From contig CAYOVQ010000001.1 of NCBI GenBank assembly GCA_964407485.1, positions 1 through 37,213 of the forward strand: DNA of 37,213 bases, in the 5' to 3' direction. Below are positions 9,517-16,709 of the stretch, one piece after another. Below the pieces are notes generated by a model, which made no database searches, had not been told where the DNA came from, and saw only the letters and a program-made list of their open reading frames with translations. A program made the translations under genes and the position numbers. Numbering within the stretch: the first letter of the stretch is position 1; each line of letters starts with the position of its first letter. Source of the stretch: an uncultured Ruminococcus sp. GTDB lineage: Bacteria; Bacillota; Clostridia; Oscillospirales; Acutalibacteraceae.

Positions 9517-10442
9517 TTAAAACGGAGATTAAAAATTATCTTAACTATGGCAAGGTGCTATCACTTTCCAACGGAGTTATCGAGGCATACGTTACAGTAG
9601 ATGTGGGTCCGCGTATTATCCGTTTTGGTTACGTTGGCGGTCAGAATTTTATGTGTGATGACCGAAACGCCGCCGCGCCCAAAGATGATGCAGAATATCA
9701 AAGTTATTTCGGCGAGGGCAAAAAATGGGAGATTTTAGGTGGTCACCGCATCTGGACTTCACCCGAAAGTTACCCCGCAAGTTACTACCCCGACCTTGAC
9801 CCCGTAAAATATGAAATCACCCAAAACGGCGCAATTTTTACACCAAACCCCGAAAAAGAAAACGGACAACAAAAACAACTTGAAATAAAAATGGACCCCG
9901 ATGATGCTAATATGTATGTTACAATGAGTGTTACAAATATAGCAAATTCTTCGCAAGAGTTTTCTATATGGGGGCTTACCGTATCGGCGCGTCACGGTGC
10001 GCTTATCATACCTATGAACGACAACGACACAGGACTGCTGCACAACCGCAACATATCCGTCTGGCCCTATACCAACCTTGCCGACAGCCGACTTCACTTT
10101 GGCAAGCGCTACGTAACACTGCGTCAGGATACAAATATTGAGCAAGCATTAAAACTTGGTTTTGACCTTAATAAAGCCGAGGCTTATTACTGTTTAGGTG
10201 ATGAGATTTTCCGCAAAAGTTATGAAACACATCACGAAACAGAAAAATACCCCGACAACAACTGCAGTTTTGAAACCTATACATGTGCAACCTTTATAGA
10301 GGTTGAATCACTTAGCCCTCTTAAAACTGTTCAACCAAACGAAACGGTGTCCCTTACAGAACACTGGTCACTGCACAAAAAGCCCTGTGGCGTAGAGTTT
10401 AACAATGATGACTCAATAGACGAAATGCTTAATAAATTATAA
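9513..10442 (+). CDS. Hypothetical protein, possibly DUF4380 / galactose-mutarotase-like fold
   Basis: 309-aa ORF whose ATG overlaps the tmcAL stop (ATGA). GGHRIWTSPE resembles the conserved DUF4380 motif as I recall it; the family call is tentative. Confidence 0.45.
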   Translation: MIKTEIKNYLNYGKVLSLSNGVIEAYVTVDVGPRIIRFGYVGGQNFMCDDRNAAAPKDDAEYQSYFGEGKKWEILGGHRIWTSPESYPASYYPDLDPVKYEITQNGAIFTPNPEKENGQQKQLEIKMDPDDANMYVTMSVTNIANSSQEFSIWGLTVSARHGALIIPMNDNDTGLLHNRNISVWPYTNLADSRLHFGKRYVTLRQDTNIEQALKLGFDLNKAEAYYCLGDEIFRKSYETHHETEKYPDNNCSFETYTCATFIEVESLSPLKTVQPNETVSLTEHWSLHKKPCGVEFNNDDSIDEMLNKL

Positions 10443-10452
10443 TCGTTATAAA

Positions 10453-10510
10453 AAACGGCGTGCATTAGCGTGATACTCCGTTAAGAGTATCACGCTAATG
10501 CACGCCGTTT
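10453..10510. terminator. Very long perfect hairpin (26-bp stem, 6-nt loop), bidirectional terminator candidate
   Basis: aaacggcgtgcattagcgtgatactc (10453-10478), cgttaa, gagtatcacgctaatgcacgccgttt (10485-10510). An A5 run precedes it and TTT follows. It lies between convergent genes. Confidence 0.7.
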
Positions 10511-10562
10511 ATTATGTCTGTTTTCACAAAAGCAAAAACATCACTGAACTGCAGTGTTAACC

Positions 10563-13500
10563 TTACAGTTCAATATTCCAACCGTTAATGTAACGCATAA
10601 GCAGTGCACAGTCTTTGTTGTTTGTTTTACCGTCAGCATACACATCTGCGGCATCAACTACTATTTCAACATTCCAACCGTTAATGTATTGCATAAGTAA
10701 AACGAAATCTTTATTGTTTATATAACCGTCATCGTTAACATCGCCAACAATATACTCTATTATTTCGACACCGGCATTCACTTTTTCAAACTCTACGTTT
10801 TTTATATCCTCATTAAACACATTTTCGGGATCATAATCGACTGCAATTTGGGTGCTGCTTACAGAAACATCATCCTTAACTCTAAAGGTAATTACTGCTA
10901 CTGTACCATTGGTTTGGTTATTGGGCTTAAGAGAATCTACCCAGTTTATCGAAAACGGATTATTACTTTCAGGTGAATATTCAATATTGGCAAACACACC
11001 TTCTTTGACTGATACAAATTCAATAACATCTGAATCATATTCAATGTCAAATTTGAATGATATTATACCAGGGTTATTATTTATAGCAATAACCACGTCA
11101 AAGGTTTCACCTATTTTAGCAGTACCGCTTGTTACAGTAACAACAGGGGTAGATTCGTCTACAACTTTTTGTGATACTGTAACGGTTAGTGTTGTTGTTG
11201 CATCGGCATAATTTACGGTAACAACCTTTTGACCCACCGTAGCAGAATCTAATTTGCTTGTAGTATAGGTTGTTATTTCACCGCTTTCACCGTCGTTGTA
11301 ATGCGCAATAACAATCATACCCCACTTGTCAAACTCTTCGCCTATATAATACGCTGTTTTGTTGGGCATTTTGTCTATTGTGATTTTTTCAACCGTGCGT
11401 ACTGTATTACACTCGTTACAGAATGTATCGTATATATCATCATAAATGTGACCTGATGTTTCACGCTCAGCACCACACTCATTACAACTGATATCACAGT
11501 TATTATCATATGTATGGGTTACAACAGTTCGTACATAGTCACACACATTACAAATAGTATCGCATTCGTTATCGTATGTATGGGTTATATCACGCAACCT
11601 ACCGCATATATTGCAGGTGGTATCACAACTGTTAAAGTATTTATGACCTGATATCTGTCTTACACCGCCGCAAACGTTGCAGTCTGCATCGCAGCCGTCG
11701 TCATACACATGGTCCGCAACGGTGCGAATTTCTCTACAAATATTGCACTGTGTATCGCAATCGTTGTCATAGGCATGTACAACGATTCTTATAATCCCAC
11801 ACTCGTTACAGGTATCATCACAGGAATTATAATATGTGTGTTCGGGCACTGTGCGCATAAATCCACAAATATTACACTGTGCATCACATCCACTGTCGTA
11901 TTTGTGAGTAATAATTCTTGTAACACCGCACTCATTACAAGAGGTATCACAATTGTTGGTATACGTATGGCTTGCAGGTGTACGGGTAAATCCGCAAATA
12001 TCACATTGTGCATCACAAAGACTGCTATATTTATGATATATGGTACGAATATTGCCACACTCGTTACAAGACGTATCACAATCGCTTGTATAGATATGCT
12101 CCGCAGGAGTGCGAACATCACCGCAAATATTACAATTTGAATCACAGTTATTATTGTATATATGATTTGACGGAACACGCACAAAATCACAAACATTACA
12201 AATAGCATCACAAGCGTTATCATAACTATGGGTTATACTTCTTATAGCCCCACACTCGTTACAGGATACATCGCAATTGTTGTCATATATGTGTGCCGAA
12301 GGGTTTCTGGTATATCCGCAAACATTGCACTGTGTATCACAATTACTGGTATATAAGTGTGTTATTGTTCGTACATAACCGCATTCGTTACAGGATGTAT
12401 CGCAATCGTTTGTATAGATATGGTCTGACGGTGTGCGCAACTCACCACAAACGTTACAAGAATTATCGCAATTGTCGTAATACGTATGGTTGCCCACCTC
12501 ACGTATATCGCCGCAAATATTGCAGGTTTTATCACAATCATTGTTGTATTTATGTTCGGTAGTTCTTGTGTCACCGCATTTATTACATTCGGTATCACAG
12601 GCATTATCGTATATATGCTCTGCAGGCACACGGTTGGTACCGCATATATCACAACTTGCATCGCAGTCGCTTGTATACGTATGTGTTGTAACCCTAACAT
12701 CACCGCACTCATTACAGGACGCATCACATTCGTTAGTGTAGATATGTTCAGACGTTGTGCGTATATCGCCGCAAATGTTACAACTTGCATCACAAGCGTT
12801 ATAATATACGTGGTCGGGCACCTGTCTTGCAGCATCACATTCGTTGCAAGAAGCATCACAGGCATTGTCATAAATATGGTCTGACGGTGTGCGTATATCG
12901 CCGCATACGTTACAATCTGCATCACAGGCGTTGTCATAGGTATGGGTAATTTTTCTTACTGCACCGCATTCGTTACAGGTTGTGTCACAAGTGTTGTCAT
13001 AAATATGGTCGGGCACTTCACGTACCGTGCCGCATATATTGCAAACTGTATCACAATCGTTATCATAAGCACAGTTTACGTCGCGCAAATCACCGCATAT
13101 GTTACAACTTTTATCACAGTCATAACTATAAACGTGGTCAGGCACCTGGCGAACTATGTTGCAATCATTACAAACCGTATCACAAATGTTATAGTATGTG
13201 TGGGGTGCTTGTCTTACCGCGCCACATTCATTGCAGGTATCGTCGCAAACATTATCATAAATGTGCGGAATATCGTTATTTGCTATCAAATCAACAATTT
13301 GCTCTTTAGAAACCTGCTCAATCGATAAGAATTTCGGCACATCGATATTGTTGTAAGATACAATGCTTCTTACACCGCCAACTATCTTTGCATAGGTATT
13401 TGTATCAAGTGCAATATAGTCTATACCCTCTATCTCATTTTCAGACGGTACATAGTCTTCACCGGTAAAAATTTCGGCATCCATTTCATCGGCATATGGC

Positions 13501-15305
13501 CACACAATATATGACAAAACCTCATAACGACCATCGCCCAAATCCTTGTAGCAACTATATTCAAACCGCACAGTCGGTCCTCCCCAGCCGCCTATGTAAC
13601 TACTGTAAATACCGTTATTATAGAAATCCTGTGAATGTAAATCATTTAAAAGTTTATCGGTTTTTTCAAAATATTTAAAGGCTATGTTTTCGTAATCGGC
13701 TTCACTTACAGTAAACTCATATGCATCTTCAGGCGCATACTGCTCAAGTTCACATGAATGAAGCAGATATTCGTTTACAAAAGCCGCGTTCGGACCGCCC
13801 GCTTCTGTAAAAAAGTAGTTATCCCCGTAATACATCCAACCGAGGTTGTCAAATGACTGCTTGAACAGGTTATCATAAATATATACGGGCGCCGCCATTT
13901 CTGCACCGCATTCATTACATACTCTGTCGCAAGCGTTGTCATAAGTATGCTCGGGCACTGTGCGCGTCCATTCGCAAGTATTACAACTGCTGTCACAAAT
14001 ACCGTCATAATCGTGCTCTGACTTACAGATGTTATAATGCCAGGTAGCATTCACGAAATAGGTATTGTAATCGGAAATCGATATATTTTTTTTGTTTGCC
14101 GCTGTACCTGTATACCAAACGTTTTTAAGACCAGTACACTCATCGAAAGCATAGTCGGCTATACTTGTAACACTGTCAGGGATAACAATATCAGTAAGTC
14201 CGCTACAATAAAAAGCATAACTTCCTATAGTCTTAACACTCTCAGGCAAAACTATAGTTTTTAGCCTTATACAGTTAAAAAATGCTCTACCACCTATTGA
14301 CATAACCGTATCGGGTAAATTAACTTTTTCAAGGCGCAAGCAACGTGAAAACACATTGTACGGTACCTCAGTAATACCGTACGGTATTGTTACTTCGGTA
14401 ATATCCGTACCGTAAAAAGCCTGCTGACCAATATACGTAACACCGTCAGGGATGTTTATTTCAGTGATTGAAGTATCATAAAAAGCATAATCACCGATAT
14501 ATGTAACACTATCGGGTACAGTTATACTTGTTATAGATGAACAAGAATAAAAAGCGTTATCGCTTATTCTTTTAAGTCCGTCGCTGATAACAACCGTTTT
14601 TAAACTGCTTGGTACATATTTATACGAGCTACCAAAAATATATGAAAAATCGGTATTAGTATTAGTGATAGCACTTCTCCCTACAAACGGTACGGTGATT
14701 TTTTCAAGATTGTCACAGTCAGCAAGTGCGCCTAGGGCAATTGAAGTAACCGCGTCACCCACAACAAGTTCCGTTAATCTGGTGCAACCTTCAAACATAT
14801 AATCATCAATGCCACACGCTGCATATATCTCGGCTTTTTGAAGCGCACTGCACCCACCAAACAGACCGTAAGACGTGTTTGAAGTAATGCCTGTAACGCT
14901 GCTTGGTATTTTTATACTTGTAAGTTTTATACAATTATAAAAAGCGCCATAGCCTATGGTTGTAACTTGATTTGGCACCGTTATGCTTGTAACGGCATAG
15001 CAACTTGCAAAAGCAAGATTGCCTATCGTTGTGACAGTGTTGGGAATTGTTATAGCGGTTAGTTGCATACAACCACTAAAAGCATTGTCGCCTATTGCCT
15101 TAACGGTATAGCCGCCTAATGTTGACGGAATGGCGATATCGCCACTTACAGATGTGTCAAAATCGGTTATTGTCGCAGCATTTTCTGATACAGTATACGT
15201 ATAATAACCCTCGGTTGCAGCACTGACAGTAAACGTAAATGCACCCAACGGCACCACTGATACAAGAAGAACTATTGCTAATAAAGTTGATAACAATTTT
15301 TTCAT
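10563..15305 (-). CDS. 1580-aa secreted multidomain protein: signal peptide, ~14 BspA-type LRRs, 2 Cys-modules, ~205-aa unknown domain, 29 Cys-modules, Ig-like domain, cohesin, dockerin
   Basis: Single uninterrupted ORF. Signal peptide is MKKLLSTLLAIVLLVSVVPLGAFTFTVSA. RBS AAAGGGG overlaps the stop of the upstream gene. Domain evidence is given in the sub-features. Confidence 0.92.
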   Translation of the reverse strand: MKKLLSTLLAIVLLVSVVPLGAFTFTVSAATEGYYTYTVSENAATITDFDTSVSGDIAIPSTLGGYTVKAIGDNAFSGCMQLTAITIPNTVTTIGNLAFASCYAVTSITVPNQVTTIGYGAFYNCIKLTSIKIPSSVTGITSNTSYGLFGGCSALQKAEIYAACGIDDYMFEGCTRLTELVVGDAVTSIALGALADCDNLEKITVPFVGRSAITNTNTDFSYIFGSSYKYVPSSLKTVVISDGLKRISDNAFYSCSSITSITVPDSVTYIGDYAFYDTSITEINIPDGVTYIGQQAFYGTDITEVTIPYGITEVPYNVFSRCLRLEKVNLPDTVMSIGGRAFFNCIRLKTIVLPESVKTIGSYAFYCSGLTDIVIPDSVTSIADYAFDECTGLKNVWYTGTAANKKNISISDYNTYFVNATWHYNICKSEHDYDGICDSSCNTCEWTRTVPEHTYDNACDRVCNECGAEMAAPVYIYDNLFKQSFDNLGWMYYGDNYFFTEAGGPNAAFVNEYLLHSCELEQYAPEDAYEFTVSEADYENIAFKYFEKTDKLLNDLHSQDFYNNGIYSSYIGGWGGPTVRFEYSCYKDLGDGRYEVLSYIVWPYADEMDAEIFTGEDYVPSENEIEGIDYIALDTNTYAKIVGGVRSIVSYNNIDVPKFLSIEQVSKEQIVDLIANNDIPHIYDNVCDDTCNECGAVRQAPHTYYNICDTVCNDCNIVRQVPDHVYSYDCDKSCNICGDLRDVNCAYDNDCDTVCNICGTVREVPDHIYDNTCDTTCNECGAVRKITHTYDNACDADCNVCGDIRTPSDHIYDNACDASCNECDAARQVPDHVYYNACDASCNICGDIRTTSEHIYTNECDASCNECGDVRVTTHTYTSDCDASCDICGTNRVPAEHIYDNACDTECNKCGDTRTTEHKYNNDCDKTCNICGDIREVGNHTYYDNCDNSCNVCGELRTPSDHIYTNDCDTSCNECGYVRTITHLYTSNCDTQCNVCGYTRNPSAHIYDNNCDVSCNECGAIRSITHSYDNACDAICNVCDFVRVPSNHIYNNNCDSNCNICGDVRTPAEHIYTSDCDTSCNECGNIRTIYHKYSSLCDAQCDICGFTRTPASHTYTNNCDTSCNECGVTRIITHKYDSGCDAQCNICGFMRTVPEHTYYNSCDDTCNECGIIRIVVHAYDNDCDTQCNICREIRTVADHVYDDGCDADCNVCGGVRQISGHKYFNSCDTTCNICGRLRDITHTYDNECDTICNVCDYVRTVVTHTYDNNCDISCNECGAERETSGHIYDDIYDTFCNECNTVRTVEKITIDKMPNKTAYYIGEEFDKWGMIVIAHYNDGESGEITTYTTSKLDSATVGQKVVTVNYADATTTLTVTVSQKVVDESTPVVTVTSGTAKIGETFDVVIAINNNPGIISFKFDIEYDSDVIEFVSVKEGVFANIEYSPESNNPFSINWVDSLKPNNQTNGTVAVITFRVKDDVSVSSTQIAVDYDPENVFNEDIKNVEFEKVNAGVEIIEYIVGDVNDDGYINNKDFVLLMQYINGWNVEIVVDAADVYADGKTNNKDCALLMRYINGWNIEL
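10566..10745 (-). other. Dockerin module (C-terminal 60 aa)
   Basis: Two Ca-binding loop/helix segments: GDVNDDGYINNKDFVLLMQYINGW and ADVYADGKTNNKDCALLMRYINGW. Confidence 0.85.
10746..11155 (-). other. Cohesin-like domain
   Basis: ~135 aa: VTVTSGTAKIGETFDVVIAINNNPGIISFKFDIEYDSDVIEFVSV...NGTVAVITFRVKDD. This is the typical cohesin beta-sandwich sequence pattern, judged by eye. Confidence 0.65.
11156..11386 (-). other. Bacterial Ig-like domain
   Basis: ITIDKMPNKTAYYIGEEFDKWGMIVIAHYNDGESGEIT...GQKVVTVNYADATTTLTVTV resembles the Big-type 'bacterial Ig-like' domains that flank surface-protein modules. Confidence 0.5.
11387..13265 (-). repeat. 29 tandem in-frame 21/22-aa modules H-x-Y-x3-C-D-x2-C-N-x-C-G-x2-R
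   Basis: Hand-parsed from the translation: 11 units of 21 aa and 18 of 22 aa, 627 aa in total. Conservation is H 28/29, Y 29/29, Cys1 28/29, D 29/29, Cys2 29/29, Cys3 29/29, R 29/29. Confidence 0.92.
13887..14018 (-). repeat. Two additional copies of the same Cys module, separated from the main array
   Basis: EHDYDGICDSSCNTCEWTRTVPE + HTYDNACDRVCNECGAEMAAP. Confidence 0.85.
14105..15173 (-). repeat. ~14 BspA-type leucine-rich repeats (LRR_5-like)
   Basis: Recurrent ~23-aa units such as IPNTVTTIGNLAFASCYAVTSIT, VPDSVTYIGDYAFYDTSITEIN and LPESVKTIGSYAFYCSGLTDIV. Confidence 0.8.
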
Positions 15306-15318
15306 TATAACTACCCCT

Positions 15319-15768
15319 TTAAATGATATTTTTATTTATTAAATCAAGCATATATTTTGCCTGTTGTTTGTTCAATTCATCCTGCATTTGTTCTAACTCT
15401 TGATTGCCTTGAAAATCAGAATTTTCTACTTTTAATGCCATTTTTGTAAACCAGTATATTTCATCAGATTTTGCCTGACTTTTAACAAAATCAATCGTTC
15501 CTCGTATGGTATGTGTTGCACACACGCACATATAACAATTCTTAAAATTTGTAAAATCTTCTGCTAAAAATTTTTGACTGTCACCTCTGGTAGTAATGCC
15601 GATTTTTTTGTTTTTATATTCTAATAAATACCAACGGTCCATCTTTTCTTGTCCGACGCGCCCAGTACCTCTAAGTATTGCGCCTTCAAGTAACAATAAC
15701 CCTACTAAACGGGTTATTGTTTTTGTTTTTCCAACCTTTTCTTTACCCTGTAATGCAATTATTTTCAT
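15319..15768 (-). CDS. Small (149-aa) P-loop NTPase of unknown family
   Basis: ATG at 15768 is preceded by AGAGGG. Walker A is GKEKVGKT in MKIIALQGKEKVGKTKTI. No clear hhhhD Walker B is visible. The stop overlaps the RBS of the 1580-aa gene, whose ATG is 13 nt downstream. Confidence 0.7.
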   Translation of the reverse strand: MKIIALQGKEKVGKTKTITRLVGLLLLEGAILRGTGRVGQEKMDRWYLLEYKNKKIGITTRGDSQKFLAEDFTNFKNCYMCVCATHTIRGTIDFVKSQAKSDEIYWFTKMALKVENSDFQGNQELEQMQDELNKQQAKYMLDLINKNII

Positions 15769-15800
15769 TTTAACCCTCTGTTTTAAAATAAATTCTCTTA

Positions 15801-15877
15801 TTTTGTTGAACACCATTCACCAAAATTAGTGCAATTATAGCATAAAATTAAAAAAAAGTAAATAGTATTCAACAAAA
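15801..15877. promoter_or_regulatory. Pair of 10-bp perfect inverted repeats flanking the divergent promoter (candidate operator pair)
   Basis: TTTTGTTGAA (15801-15810) and TTCAACAAAA (15868-15877) are exact reverse complements. They bracket the promoter at 15834..15862. Confidence 0.35.
15834..15862 (-). promoter_or_regulatory. Sigma-A-type promoter for the P-loop / giant-protein operon
   Basis: Minus strand: TTTACT (15862-15857), 17 nt, TATAAT (15839-15834), with extended -10 TGc. Confidence 0.4.
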
Positions 15878-15893
15878 ACCGAGGGAAAATTTT

Positions 15894-16151
15894 ATGTTTA
15901 AAATCAAAGCCGCTGATGGCACCAACAACCTTTGCGGACGGCGGATTGCCGAAATACGCAAGGGTAAAAAACTTTCTCAACGAAAGTTGGCAACCAGAAT
16001 GCAACTGCTGGGGTTTGATGTAGACCATTACTTTATCCGTCGGGTCGAAAACGGTGAGAGGTTTGTGACCGACATTGATTTGGTAATTTTTGCGCGCGCA
16101 CTTGATGTACCTATTACGGAAATGCTATCAGCGGAGGATGCGAAGCTTTAA
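15894..16151 (+). CDS. XRE-family helix-turn-helix transcriptional regulator (85 aa)
   Basis: RIAEIRKGKKLSQRKLATRMQL...IRRVENGER is a classic HTH_3 pattern. RBS GAGGGA lies 7 nt upstream of the ATG. Confidence 0.85.
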   Translation: MFKIKAADGTNNLCGRRIAEIRKGKKLSQRKLATRMQLLGFDVDHYFIRRVENGERFVTDIDLVIFARALDVPITEMLSAEDAKL

Positions 16152-16209
16152 ATACAATAATGTCCCCTCATCCTTTTAGCAATTATATCCACACAAATAG
16201 TAAAAGTCT

Positions 16210-16224
16210 TATGCTGACAGCATA
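16210..16224. promoter_or_regulatory. 15-bp palindrome abutting the -35 box of the kinase-operon promoter (operator or weak terminator)
   Basis: TATGCTG-A-CAGCATA has 7-bp arms. It is followed directly by TTGTAT (the -35) and a T-run. Confidence 0.3.
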
Positions 16225-16225
16225 G

Positions 16226-16254
16226 TTGTATTTTTGGGTCGTTTGTGGTATGAT
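16226..16254 (+). promoter_or_regulatory. Sigma-A-type promoter for the HTH / zinc-ribbon-LRR / kinase operon
   Basis: TTGTAT (16226-16231), 17 nt, TATGAT (16249-16254), with extended -10 TGg. Confidence 0.4.
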
Positions 16255-16278
16255 TAAGTAAACGAAAGGGTGACGGCA

Positions 16279-16701
16279 ATGCAAAAGGATACATCAAAAA
16301 TCGTAGAAGAGTTGGGACTTTGCCCCGATTTTACAACCTTTTATAATGAGAATAAGCAATATTTGATTACAGACACCTTGTCAGAAATGTTAGACCGATT
16401 ACTTGCTGAAAGGGGCTTAAAAAAATCTGCCGTTATAAAGGCGGCAGAGATGTCTGAGGTGTACGGATATCAGATTTTTTCAGGTCTTCGTGTACCCGAA
16501 CGCAACAAGCTTTTATGTCTGGCTGTTGCAATGAAGCTTAATATTGACGAGATGCAAAACTTGCTTAAAACGGCGGGTTATTCACCGCTTTATGTAAAGT
16601 TGCCCTTTGACAGCATTGTGCTTTACGGGGTATGTAAAGGTTTGTCAGTAATTGAAATCAACGAGATATTATACGAATACGGTTTAGATACTTTGGGGTA
16701 A
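16279..16701 (+). CDS. HTH-like (XRE-superfamily) protein, ~140 aa
   Basis: ATG at 16279 lies 8 nt after GAAAGGG; the ORF track starts at GTG 16270. LKKSAVIKAAEMSEVYGYQIFSGLRVPERNKLLCLAVAMKL looks like an HTH_3-type helix-turn-helix plus helix 4/5. Confidence 0.6.
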   Translation: MQKDTSKIVEELGLCPDFTTFYNENKQYLITDTLSEMLDRLLAERGLKKSAVIKAAEMSEVYGYQIFSGLRVPERNKLLCLAVAMKLNIDEMQNLLKTAGYSPLYVKLPFDSIVLYGVCKGLSVIEINEILYEYGLDTLG

Positions 16702-16709
16702 ATAAGAGA

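Noticed and set aside
11387-13265. The regular ~64-bp periodicity could be mistaken for a CRISPR array or a satellite.
   Set aside because: The period is 63/66 bp, in frame with a single 4.7-kb ORF. The units are degenerate at the DNA level and conserved only at the amino-acid level. There is no repeat/spacer dichotomy and there are no cas genes.
11387-13265. The CX3CX2C motif might indicate a radical-SAM enzyme.
   Set aside because: The motif occurs ~30 times in 21-aa units of a signal-peptide-bearing protein. No TIM-barrel-sized domain or SAM-binding motifs are present. Only the Cys spacing is shared.
11709-13328. Many long ORFs in several frames on both strands (e.g. 11709..12140 +, 11789..12223 -, 12362..12937 -, 12486..12884 +, 12942..13328 +) overlapping the giant gene.
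   Set aside because: They all lie inside the Cys-module repeat array. The restricted codon repertoire of the repeats removes stop codons from other frames. Their translations are low-complexity (I/V/T/C/H/Y-rich) with no starts or RBS of their own, so they are shadow ORFs.
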